A stretch of 64,000 nt of DNA from Mustelus asterias (lineage: Eukaryota), in assembly GCF_964213995.1 (NCBI RefSeq), contig NW_027590197.1, positions 620,001-684,000 of the forward strand. The letters run 5' to 3'. The notes beneath the pieces are model-generated. The model worked only from the letters and a program-made list of their open reading frames with translations, did no database searches and had not been told where the DNA came from. Of this stretch, positions 12,161-23,237 are shown piece by piece. The position numbers and the translations under genes were made by a program. Within the stretch, counting starts at the first letter, position 1, and every line of letters starts with the position of its first letter.

Positions 12161-14339
12161 CCGAGTAACCTGGGGTACATCCCATCCGGACCCGGCGACT
12201 TATCTATCTTGATGCCATTCAAAGATTCCAGCACAACCTCTTTCTTAAAGTCCACATACTCAATCTTTTCAGTCCACCACAAGCCCGCAGTACATCCACC
12301 CAGGTCCTTCTCCTCTGTGAAAACAGAGGCAAAATACTAATTGAGCACCTCTGCCATTTCTACTGGTTCCGTACAGACTTTCCCGCCTTCACCTTTTATA
12401 GGCTCTATTCCATCACGTCTCATCCTTTTACTCTTCACATATTTATAGAATGCCTTGGGGTTCTCCTTAATCCTACCTGCCAGGGCCTTCTCGTGACCCA
12501 TTCTGGCTCTCCTAATTTCCTTCTTTAGTCCCTTCCGACAAGTCGTATACTCTTCTAAATCCCTATCTTTGCCAAGCTCTGAGTCTTTTGTACGCTTTCC
12601 TTTTCTTCTCGACTAGGTCCCGCACAGCTTTCGTGCACCACGGTTCCTTTAACTGACCAACACCTCCCTGTCTGCTCGGAACATTGTTCTGTAGAACTCT
12701 AGACAGGCATTCCTTGAAAAACTGCCACCTCTCTTCAGTACATTTCCCTGAGAATACCTCCTTCCAATTTACTCCTCTAATTTGCTGTCTAATGTCTTCA
12801 TATTTCCCCTTACTCCATATAAACACTTTCCTGGCTTGCCTGATCCTCTCGTTTTTTCTAATGCAAGCCTAAAGGAGATAGTTATGACCGCTATCCCCAA
12901 GATGCTCTCCCACTGAGAGATCTGACACCTGTCCAGGTTCATTGGTCAGTATCAGATCAAGTACAGCCTCTCCTCTTGTAGGCTTGTCCACATGCTGTGT
13001 CAGGAAACCCTCCTGAACACACCTAATGAACTCTTTCCCATCCAATCCCCTTACCCTCGGGATATTCCAATCTATGTTTGGGAAATTAAAGTCTCCCATC
13101 ACAACAACTCTGCTATTACTGCATCTCTCCAGGATCTGTTACCCTATCTGCTCCTCCACCTCCCTGTTACTATTAGGCGGCCTGTAGAAAACTCCCAGCA
13201 AAGTGACCGGCCCCTTTGCACTCTGTACCTCCACCCACAGAGACTCGGTGGACAATCCCTCCACAGCATACACCTTCTCTACAGCTGTGACACTATCCCT
13301 GATCAGCAGTGCCACTCCACCCCCTCGCTTACCTCCCTCCCTGTCCTTCCTGAAACATCTGAATCCCGGCACCTGGAGTATCCAGTCCTGTCCCTGAGAC
13401 ATCCAAGTCTCCGTAATGGCCACCACATCATACTTCCAGGCATCGATCCACGCTCTGAGCTCATCCCCTTTATTCACTATACTCCTGGCATTAAAGTAAA
13501 CACATCTCAATCCTATGGTCTGAGCTCTCCCCTTAATTCCCTGTCCATCCACCCTCTTGCACTGCCTATAACCCTTCTCTGTTTGCGAGCGACCTTCCTC
13601 ACTCTGATCCCCTCCCCCCAACCTATCGAGTTTAAACTCTCCCCAGTCGCCTTCGCCAACCTTCCTGCCAGGATATTGGTCCCCCTGGGATTCAAGTGCC
13701 ACCCGTTTTTTGTGTACAGGTCACACTTGCCCCTAAAGAGGTCCCAATGGTCCAGGAACCTGAATCCCTGCCCCCTACACCAGTCCCTCAGCCACACATT
13801 CATCCTCCACCTCACTCCATTCCTGCCCTCACCTTCCCATGGCACAGGCAGCAATCCTGAGATTACTACCTTTGCTTTCCTCCTTCTCAGCTGTCTCCCT
13901 AATTCCCGATACTCCCTTTTCATGACCCCTTCCCCCTTCCTTCCCACATCAGCGGTACCAATATGTACCGCTACCTCCGGCTCCTCTCCCTCCCACCTCA
14001 GGATTTCTGGGATTCGCCCAGCGACATCCTGGATCCCGGCCCCAGGGAGGCAGACCACCATCCGAGACTCCCGCCTGCCTCCGCAAAATCGCCTGTCCGT
14101 CCCCCTGACTGCCGAGTCCCCGATTAATACTGCCTTCCCCTCTTTTCTTTAGCCCTCTGAGTTACAGGGCCAGACTCCACCCTGGAGACACGGCCACTGC
14201 TGCTTCCCCCAGGCGGGCTGTCCCCCCCAACAGTACTCAGGCAGGAGTACTTGTTGTGTAGGGGCACATCCACCGGGGTGCCCTCAATCACCCGAGCTTC
14301 ACCCTTCCTGGCCGTCACCCACTTGGCCTCCTCCCGTGG
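12161..14339 (-). mobile_element. CR1 LINE of a different subfamily (ORF1 esterase, endonuclease), 5'-truncated and interrupted
   Basis: ORFs 13513..14061 (esterase), 13139..13702 and 12869..13102 (NARS/ITETW/YRPP/GDFN). Confidence 0.9.
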
Positions 14340-14747
14340 ACCACCTGATGATAGGGACACGAACATTGGGGTGTTGCCCCAGTCCCCCGACATGCTAAAG
14401 AAGAACTCTGGGTTGTAACCGGTCGGGTGGAACGGAGCCGCGGGGGCCCCGCTGCCACCCGGCCCCGGGGACTCCTCGCCGGGGGACTGAGGCAGCACAG
14501 GCTTCGATTTACAGGGTGCCTTGCCCCCTTTTTTCAGGGGACAAGGCACAAAGACAGGTGGGGGCACGGCAGGAGATGACTCACAAGGGGGGAGGGGCAC
14601 GCAGACCTCGAACTCCACGGTGCCCGAGGGGCCCCGCCTCTTTTTGTTAACCTGCCCTCGGGCAGGTGAGGCCCCTCGCCCTCTGCCCCTCTTCGCCTTG
14701 CTGCACCCCCCCTGTCCCCCCCGTCATGTCCCCCCGAGGTGGCGGTG

Positions 14748-15848
14748 TCACCAGTTTTGCCGGCTCGGGGTCGCTAACCCCCCCATGCTTGGGCCCATGA
14801 TCCCGGGCGCCGGACCCAGCACTAGGGCCAGGAGAGCCCACGTGCCCGGTTGATGGTGGTGGGGGGGGGGGGCGCAGGTGGAGACTGAGGTGGTCCCCAA
14901 GCCGGCTGCTGGGGTGGTTGGGGTGTCTTCCCTGGGGGCCGGGGTTCCGGTACCCCCCTTCTTTTTCGTGGGTCCCTTCTGGGCCTTTTGGCCGCGCGGG
15001 GGCTCCGCTCCCCCCCCGCCGGCAGCTGAGGTGGCAGCTGCTGCCGGCGGGGGCTCCGCTCCCCCCCCGCCGGCAGCTGAGGTGGCAGCTGCTGCCGGCG
15101 TGGCCTCCCCTCGCGGGGGGGCAGATGGTACTCGCTTGGGGGGAGAGGGGGTTGCGGTGCCAGCTGCGGCCGCCTTGGGTTGGTGGTCGGCGGCCTTGGA
15201 GACGGGGCAGTTTTTCCGCACGTGCCCCGCCTCCTTACAGGCATGGCACCGCACACCGTCCGCGGACCAAAAGACCCGGTACGTGGTCCCCTCGTGGGGG
15301 ACATTGAACCCTCCCTCCAGTTCCTCCTCCCGGGCCAGGCGGACAAAAACCTGGCGCCGGAAGGAGTATATGTGGCGGAGGGAGGGGTCCCGAAGGCCGA
15401 GCGGGATCGGCTGCACCCCGAACCTGACCTCCCCCAGTAGATGGAGGTGGGGGAGGAGGAGCTCACTCGGTAGGAAGGGCGGGACGTTCGATATTACTAT
15501 CTTGTGGGCGGTGGCCTCCAAAGGGTCCACCGCCAGGAACGTCCCGCCCACCGTGAGCCCCTTTTCCAGGGCGAGGCGAACCGCCCGCTCGGCCTTCAGG
15601 AAGAATACGGCCCGGCCGTACATCTTTGAGGCCGCGACAATGGCTGAGGGGCCGACAACCCCAGCCATTGCCTTAACGCAGGCCTCGATAGACATGTCGG
15701 GGTGGGCGTAGCACTTCACCCCGAGCTGCCGCGTGATTAAAGAGAATGGCGGCAGGGCCTTGGGAGCGGCGGGGGCTCTGGCAGCCGCCACGCCCGCATA
15801 GGTGGGCCGAGAAGGCCCTGCCACCGGCGACGCTGGTGATGTCGCCAT
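14748..15848 (-). CDS. Tx1-type ORF1 gag-like nucleic-acid-binding protein (probably frameshifted near C-terminus; continues in 14124..14618 frame)
   Basis: YAGVAA, ASKMYGRAVFFL, ISNVPPFL, SFRRQVF, CHACKEAGHVRKNC zinc knuckle; 51-bp tandem duplication at ~15000-15100. Confidence 0.8.
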   Translation of the reverse strand: MATSPASPVAGPSRPTYAGVAAARAPAAPKALPPFSLITRQLGVKCYAHPDMSIEACVKAMAGVVGPSAIVAASKMYGRAVFFLKAERAVRLALEKGLTVGGTFLAVDPLEATAHKIVISNVPPFLPSELLLPHLHLLGEVRFGVQPIPLGLRDPSLRHIYSFRRQVFVRLAREEELEGGFNVPHEGTTYRVFWSADGVRCHACKEAGHVRKNCPVSKAADHQPKAAAAGTATPSPPKRVPSAPPRGEATPAAAATSAAGGGGAEPPPAAAATSAAGGGGAEPPRGQKAQKGPTKKKGGTGTPAPREDTPTTPAAGLGTTSVSTCAPPPHHHQPGTWALLALVLGPAPGIMGPSMGGLATPSRQNW

Positions 15849-16239
15849 TGTATCAGGGGAAGTGCTACGCCCACCCCGAGACTGCCCAGATGCACGGCAG
15901 GGCGTATGTGGGATGGGGAAGATAAGGCAGGGTGGGGTAGGCGGGGGAGGGTGTAGGTGCTCTCTCCCCGGAGCGAGAGAGGGAGAGAGGAGGTTGGAGG
16001 AGCAGGAGGGAGATGAGGCACAAGGCCGGTGCCCCAGTCAGGAGGGAAAAGGGGAGGGGGTGCCGGTCCCGGGGGCAGCAGCAGTGGGTAGGGGAATTAG
16101 GAAAAGGCCTTCACCCCCCCCACTGCAGATGGAAAAGAGACAGTCCAAACGCCTTCGCCCCCCCCCTTCTCCTCCAGTCACTCCCTGTCCTCTCTTCCTC
16201 CCTCCCCCCGGGGAGAGCGCACCCTCCAGAGGCCGGATG

Positions 16240-17090
16240 GCAGGCAAGCAGGCAGTCAGGCAGTCCAGACGGCAGGTAGGCCAAATGGCAAGCAGGCAGG
16301 CAGGCAGTCCAGACGGCAGGCAGCCCAGACGGCAGGCAGGCAGGCAGTCCAGACGGCAGGCAGGTAAGCAGGCCAGACGGCAGGCAGGTAAGCAGGCCAG
16401 ACGGCAGGCAGGCAGGTAAGCAGGCCAGACGGCAGGCAGGCAGGTAAGCAGGCCAGACGGCAGGCAGGCAGGTAAGCAGGCCAGACGGCAGGCAGGCAGG
16501 TAAGCAGGCCAGACGGCAGGCAGGCAGGTAAGCAGGCCAGACGGCAGGCAGGCAGGTAAGCAGGCCAGACGGCAGGCAGGCAGGTAAGCAGGCCAGACGG
16601 CAGGCAGGCAGGTAAGCAGGCCAGACGGCAGGCAGGCAGGTAAGCAGGCCAGACGGCAGGCAGGCAGGTAAGCAGGCCAGACGGCAGGCAGGCAGGTAAG
16701 CAGGCCAGACGGCAGGCAGGCAGGTAAGCAGGCCAGACGGCAGGCAGGCAGGTAAGCAGGCCAGACGGCAGGCAGGCAGGTAAGCAGGCCAGACGGCAGG
16801 CAGGCAGGTAAGCAGGCCAGACGGCAGGCAGGCAGGTAAGCAGGCCAGACGGCAGGCAGGCAGGTAAGCAGGCCAGACGGCAGGCAGGCAGGTAAGCAGG
16901 CCAGACGGCAGGCAGGCAGGTAAGCAGGCCAGACGGCAGGCAGGCAGGTAAGCAGGCCAGACGGCAGGCAGGCAGGTAAGCAGGCCAGACGGCAGGCAGG
17001 CAGGTAAGCAGGCCAGACGGCAGGCAGGCAGGTAAGCAGGCCAGACGGCAGGCAGGCAGGCAACAGGCAGGCCGGGCAAGGCAGGCAGCA
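16240..17090. repeat. 28-bp tandem array (CCAGACGGCAGGCAGGCAGGTAAGCAGG)n in Tx1 5'UTR
   Basis: 23 perfect units 16397-17040, preceded by 24-bp and degenerate units. Confidence 0.97.
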
Positions 17091-17284
17091 GCTCACCTCC
17101 CTCCTTCCTCCCCGCAGGGAGCGAAAAACAAACAAACCCAACAAAACAAAAACAAAAACCGGGCGTCTCCGTGAGCAAAAACGAGAAAAAAAAATAAAGG
17201 TACTCACAAAAAAAAGAAAAGAAAACAAACCCACAGTTTCCGCCCGGCTCCGACCCGGGGCCCCCCGCGTCTCGGGCGAACGTG

Positions 17285-17867
17285 AACTCACCCCACCCCG
17301 GAAACAAAGTGCAGGCGCTGCCCCAGAGGAGGCACGTTTCAGGCCGTCTGAAGCTCAATTCTCATTCAGAGAGAAGCAGCAGCAGCTTTGCTGGGCACGA
17401 GTGAGCAGCTGAACAAGCTCATTGCCCACTTCCGCATTCAGACAATAGGGGAGCTCTGATTGGCTGGAGGACCCGAGCCCTTCCGGTCCTTCCACTCTTC
17501 CCATTGGCCAATACCTCAGCATGAAGGTCAAAGGTGGGCACTCCCTCGCACATGCGCAGAGTCCCTTCTCCCTTGGACATGCGCAGTCCTAGGCCAGGGG
17601 TGGAGGGGGAGATCACCGAGCGGCTTCTCGCTCTGGCCGGAGCCGTCAGCCGGTTGCCTGGAAACCTTGGCTCGAGGAGGTGTAGGGGGAGGGGAACAAT
17701 GGTGGGGGCGGGGCTCCCGGGTCCGCGCGCCCGGGCCTGCACACTGGAACCCGGAGACGTCACCGCGTAGAATTCTGATTCCTATTGGCTGATTCAGGCA
17801 GCGCTCCGTTGTGACGTCACAATGCGGACGGTAGCCAATGAGCTTCAGAGCGAAACTCCCTCCTCTG
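17285..17867. promoter_or_regulatory. CpG-rich bidirectional ZNF-type promoter with an exon-1 on each side
   Basis: Multiple CCAAT boxes, GC box 17704-17715, NRF1-like CATGCGCA twice, CRE TGACGTCA 17812-17819; homologous to 34594-34690 and 49930-50370; minus-strand donor GTGAGT at 17286-17291. Confidence 0.75.
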
Positions 17868-18042
17868 TCCATCCTCTACCGCGGCTCCGTTCGCGGCCGG
17901 GTGTCCCTGGAGAGGGAGCATGCGGTGTCCACGGGCGAGGTTGACGCCTTCCGCGCCCGCTGGGCACCGCAGGGGTCGGGGTGCGTTATCGACCCGAATA
18001 ATCACATTTTAATTTGATGTTTTTAAGTTTCCTTTGCACTTT
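17868..18042 (+). mobile_element. 5'-truncated Tx1 3' fragment inserted in ZNF-type exon 1
   Basis: Near-identical to reverse complement of ~4880-5045 (LYRG.VRGRVSLEREHAVSTGEVD.FRARWAPQG..NNHILI*). Confidence 0.9.
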
Positions 18043-19178
18043 GTACCATGCCTCGGGACATCCTTTCTTGCAGCGTATCAGGTAGACAACGTTGGCCGAA
18101 TTGCAAGAGCATGTACCGTGTACCTGGAGGATGGTGTTCTCACGTGAGATGATGGCATCTGTGTCGATGATCCAGCACGTCTTGCAGAGGTTGCTGTGGC
18201 AGGGTTGTGTGGTGTCGTGGTCACTGTTCTCCTGAAGGCTGGGTAGTTTGCTGCGGACAATGGTCTGTTTGAGGTTGTGCGGTTGTTTGAAGGCAAGAAG
18301 TGGGGGTGTGGGGATGGCCTTGGCGAGATGTTCGTCTTCATCAATGACATGTTGAAGGCTCCGGAGGAGATGCCGTAGCTTCTCCGCTCCGGGGAAGTAC
18401 TGGACAATGAAGGGTACTCTGTCCACTGTGTCCTGTGTTTGTCTTCTGAGGAGGTCGGTGTGGTTTTTCGCTGTGGCGCGTTGGAACTGTTGATCAATGA
18501 GTCGAGCGCCATATCCTGTTCTTGTGAGGGCATCTTTCAGCGTCTGGAGGTGTCTGTTGCGATCCTCCTCATCCGAGCAGATCCTGTGTATACGGAGGGC
18601 TTGTCCCGAGGCATGGTACATTGGGGAAACCATGCAGACGCTGCGACAACGGATGAATGAACACCGCTCGACAATCACCAGGCAAGACTGTTCTCTTCCT
18701 GTTGGGGAGCACTTCAGCGGTCACGGGCATTCGGCCTCTGATATTCGGGTAAGCGTTCTCCAAGGCGGCCTTCGCGACACACGACAGCGCAGAGTCGCTG
18801 AGCAGAAACTGATAGCCAAGTTCCGCACACACGAGGACGGCCTCAACCGGGATATTGGGTTCATGTCACACTATTTGTAACTCCCACAGTTGTGTGGACC
18901 TGCAGAGTTTCACTGGCTGTCTTGTCTGGAGACAATACACATCTTTTTAGCCTGTCTTGATGCTCTCTCCACTCACATTGTTTTGTTTCTTAAAGACTTG
19001 ATTAGTGTCTTTATAAGCTCTGTTTGTGAACAGAATTCCCAAACACCTGAAGAAGGGGCTTAGAGCTCCGAAAGTTTGTGTGGCTTTTGCTACCAAATAA
19101 ACCTGTTGGACTTTAACCTGGTGTTGTTAAACTTCTTACTGTGTTTACCCCAGTCCAATGCCGGCATCTCCACATCAT
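18043..19178. mobile_element. Penelope-like element (GIY-YIG endonuclease end + 3' region) with 5' inversion
   Basis: Minus ORF 17986..18678 ends VVYLIRCKKGCPEAWY; plus ORF continues CPEAWYIGET..RMNEH..E..GLNRD; hammerhead-like CTGAAGA..GAAA at 19044-19080. Confidence 0.9.
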
Positions 19179-20237
19179 GATTGCCCAAAGGAGGCAGAGA
19201 GTGGGTATGCATGGGTCTTCTTCTAAATGGAGGTCAGTCACCAGTGGTGTGCCACAGGGATCTGTTCTGGGACCCTTGCTGTTTGTCATTTTCATAAATG
19301 AACTGGATGAGGAAGCGGAGGGATGGGTTGGTAAGTTTGCCGACGACACGAAGGTTGGTGGGGTTGTGGATAGTCTGGAGGGATGTCAGAAGTTACAGAG
19401 GGACATAGATAGGATGCAAGACTGGGTGGAGAAGTGGCAGATGGACTTCAACACAGATAAATGCGTAGTGGTCCATTTTGGCAGGTCAAATGGGATGAAG
19501 GAGTACAATATAAAGGGAAAGACTCTTCGTACTGTAGAGGATCAGAAGGACCTTGGGGTCCAGGTCCATAGGACACTAAAATCGGCCCCGCAGGTGGAGG
19601 AGGCCAAGGTTAAGAAGGCGTATGGTGTGCTGGCCTTTATCAATCGAGAGATTGAGTTTAGGAGTCCGGGGATAATGATGCAGCTATATAAGACCCTCGT
19701 CAGACCCCACTTGGAGTACTGTGCTCAGTTCTGGTCGCCTCATTACAGGAAGGATGTGGAAAAGATTGAAAGGGTGCAGAGGAGATTTACAAGGATGTTG
19801 CCTGGATTGAGTGGCATGCCTTATGAGGATAGGCTGAGGGAGCTCGGTCTTTTCTCCTTGGAGAGACGTAGGATGAGAGGAGACCTAATAGAGGTATATA
19901 AGATATTGAGAGGCATAGATCGGGTGGACTTTCACAGGCTTTTTCCCAGGGTGGAAATGTCTGCTACGATAGGACACAGGTTTAGGTGCTGGGGGTAGGT
20001 ACAGGGGAGATGTTAGGGGGAAGTTTTTCACACAGAGGGTGGTGGGCGAGTGGAATCGGCTGCCGTCAATGGTGGTGGAGGCAAACTCAATGGGGTCTTT
20101 TAAGAGACTCCTGGATGAGTACATGGGACTTAATAGGATGGAGGGTTATAGGTCGGCCTAAAAGGTAGGGATATGTTCGGCACAATTTGTGGGGCCGAAG
20201 GGCCTGTTTTGTGCTGTAGTTTTTCTATGTTTCTATG
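19179..20237 (+). mobile_element. CR1 LINE, 5'-truncated (RT core to 3' tail)
   Basis: ORF 19141..19998 PQGSVLGP, FADD, RPHLEY; tail TTCTATGTTTCTATG. Confidence 0.93.
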
Positions 20238-22429
20238 AGATAGCAGGGGCATGCTGGGCTGAATGGTCTCCACCTGCAGCCTGTGAATCTCAGCCTCCTG
20301 CTTTTGTGCAGGTTAAAAGGGACAGATTTCAGTGCAGCCTCTTCCCTGTATATGTATTTAAAGAGATGGGTTTCTCTTTAGCTCTGAGTGACCGATATAA
20401 CAATTGGTTGGAGGCCCATTTCCCACTCAGTCCTCCAGCACCTTCCCAGTCTCTCTATTAGTGCGACGCCCAAGGCAGTTTCCAAACTGGGGCGCAGGCC
20501 CCATTATTCTCAGCTAAATTCAGCCCTCAGCTCCGTCACCTGGCTGTCATTGACACGAGCAATAGAGAGACAGAAAGGAGCAGCAGGCGCAAATGCGAAG
20601 TCGAAACTTGTGGCTTTAAATGAACTGCTTGGATTTCTGTGACAATCAATAATTTTGAAAAACTGAATTCTAAATCCAGTGAACAAATTAAAGAATCACA
20701 TGACAAAACTTAAATTTTTCTGACTTTTAGTCGAACAAACTGGAAGCAACAATGGCTAAACACTTTTTGTGGGGAACATAGTCCTTAAACTGTCAAATTG
20801 AATTTATCCTTTTACTCTGAACACAATCAAATATCCCACTCAACGGTTATATTTTACTCTGTCTTGGACACCCAATTATTCAAAACCAGTCCAAAGTAAT
20901 TCTTCACTCCCCGAGGGTTTATTTCTACTGTTTTCCTTTTCCAGACTGGCAACCTTTAATCCCAGAACTGTCTTTCACAGTGATGGTTCCCCAGGGCATT
21001 TTCCCAATAACAAAAGCAAGGCGAATCTTCCAGCCTTGTTTCACAATTGTCAGGAATTTGTGACCAACATTGAATATAGGAGCAGAACTAGGCCATTCGG
21101 CCCTTTGAGTCTGCTCCACCACTTATTTGCATTATGGCTGATCTATTTGTCTTGCATTCCACATTCTCATTCTGCAGCCGATACTTTTGAATCTCTTATC
21201 CAACAAGAATTGGTACAAAGGCAAAATTCTGCTGTTGCTGGAATCTGAAACAAAAGCAGAAAATGCTGGACAATCTCAGCAAGTCCGACAGCATCTGTAA
21301 AGAGAGAATAGAGACAACATTTTGAGTCAGGATGAATCTTTGTCAGAGCTGAAGACAAGGAAAATCGGACAAAATTTATCCTGTGAGGGTCAAGAATTGG
21401 GAAGCAATCCATTAAACCTCCTCTGAACCACTTTCAATGCATTTGTATCATTTCTTGAATAGGAGACAAAGCTGCACCCAGTTTTCAAGATGCAGTTTCA
21501 GCAACGCCCTGCATAACTGAAGCAGAACATCTTTACTTCTATGTTCAATTTCTCTCGTAATAAAGGATTGCATTCCATTTGTAAGAAGTTTAATTTATTT
21601 GTACTAAGATTTATGGGGGTTCTCTTGTTTACAATAACCTCCCCAATTGTAAATCACACCAAGTTCCAGTGTCTTAACCATATGGCAAGACAGAACAATT
21701 TAAATGGTGAATTCAGAAAGTTAATTAACCATTAAAAATGTAACAAGTCAGAACGATAAAAGGTAAAGTATCGATTAACAGTTAATAGAGAAAGCTTAAC
21801 TTTAACAATTGAACAGACTTCTCTCCATCCCTCTCAGACCAGGACATGAAGTGACCGCTCCAAAAACATGGATAACTTGTAAAACCAACGGCTCTCAACA
21901 CCTCTCTGTAAACATCTCTCCCTCCACCTCTTTTTACCAAATTGGCTTCTCAAGACTACTTTTTTATACTTTAAAAATGTCAAAAGCCCATCTTAGCCAA
22001 TTCCCATAAATCTTCAATTATAAACTAAAATAGACATGAGTTTTCAGATGATTTGAAAAGAAATGAACTGTCTGCTGAAAGGATTAACTTTTCTACAGAA
22101 CCTAAAGGGATGGGGAGTGAGCAGCAAAAAATTGGCACACAATTACATCATTTTACACAAGTATAAAAATCAAAACAAACTCGATTGTAAACTTCAGCTC
22201 TTCATTTTTTTGTTATATTCCAGAACCTATTTACTTTAATTTGATCAGTTTTTGTTAGGGATGGACAACTTCTGTTCTTTACAAACTGCTTCACTCATTT
22301 TGTTGATTCTACATGGGCTCGAGAGTCAGAAGCCAGACTTTATCATCCTTATCCTTTTTCCCCTTTTGCCACCACTCCCTCTGTTTTGCGGGAGGGTCGT
22401 GGGGTTTCCAATCAGAACTAATCATTTTA

Positions 22430-22610
22430 TCATAAAAGTTAAATACTGTGGATGCTGGAATCTGAAACAACAACAGAAAATGCTGGAAAATGTCAGCAGG
22501 TCTGACAGATCTGTGGGGACAGAATAGAGCCAATGTTTCAAGTATGGATGACCCTTCATAAGAGCTGTTATGAAGTGTCTTCCAGACTCGAAACGTTGGC
22601 TCTATTCTCT
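22430..22610. mobile_element. Short Penelope-derived element (second family), partly palindromic; other copies ~21218-21360, 27188-27372, 39025-39205, 41680-41812, 45550-45730, 61604-61680, 63770-63870
   Basis: GCTGGAATCTGAAACAAAA..CAGCATCTGTGGAGAGAGAATAGAG; hammerhead-like consensus CTGATGAAGGGTCATCCAGACTCGAAACG. Confidence 0.65.
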
Positions 22611-23237
22611 AATAATTTTATCAATAAGTTTCTTGTTCTTAGTTCCAAATGGCAGGTAAGAGACCTGTCCGGTCCCCACTCGAGCTCTGATTTTTCACTG
22701 GCCATGCTTGGGTCGGATTGCAACCATTAGAATCCACTCTCAGACGTCTGCGTTTCAGTCCAGTGCTACTTGGAGTATGCTGGCACTTCACTGAATATCG
22801 GATCACAAGTCCCTCACAGTTCTTATCACAAATTTGGGATATAATAATTTAAACAATGCCTGAGAACGCTTTTTAACTTCTTAACCAACTACCTACCACT
22901 GTTTGTTGATTGGTCAGATCTCCTCTTCACAGATTCGGGAATCTCAGCTGCTGAACACCAGCCGGTCCTGGAATAAGTTTAATTCTAACTCATTCTGAGT
23001 AAATATTCTCACCAGGTCCTCTGTCTGGGCCCTGCTAAGCAGCTTTAATGGTTCATGATTGCAGAAACTGAGCAGTCACAGGAATGTGGTCAAGATAGTC
23101 CAGTCCCATAATGCCTCGCATTCAATCTGCAGTCCTTCAATTATAACAGAATATGTGGCTGTATGTAGCTGCCTCGGCCGTGGTCAACCCCAACACTGCC
23201 TTCTTGAACTGCTACAATGCCTGAGGCGTAAGTACAC

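Larger units (their letters stand above)
14340..17180 (-). mobile_element. Tx1-clade LINE 5' half (5'UTR + ORF1)
   Basis: GC-rich ORF1 with RRM-like region and CCHC knuckle; 5'UTR homologous to 4230-4745. Confidence 0.85.

Noticed and set aside
12992-14152. 386-aa plus-strand ORF and similar ones (8864..9454, 14878..15711)
   Set aside because: Antisense to CR1/Tx1 coding sequence, no recognisable motifs.
16397-17040. CRISPR-like 28-bp repeat
   Set aside because: Units are contiguous with no spacers, and the context is eukaryotic.
16038-17358. 415-417 aa ORFs with 28-aa periodicity
   Set aside because: Translations of the stop-free 28-bp tandem array; no coding evidence.
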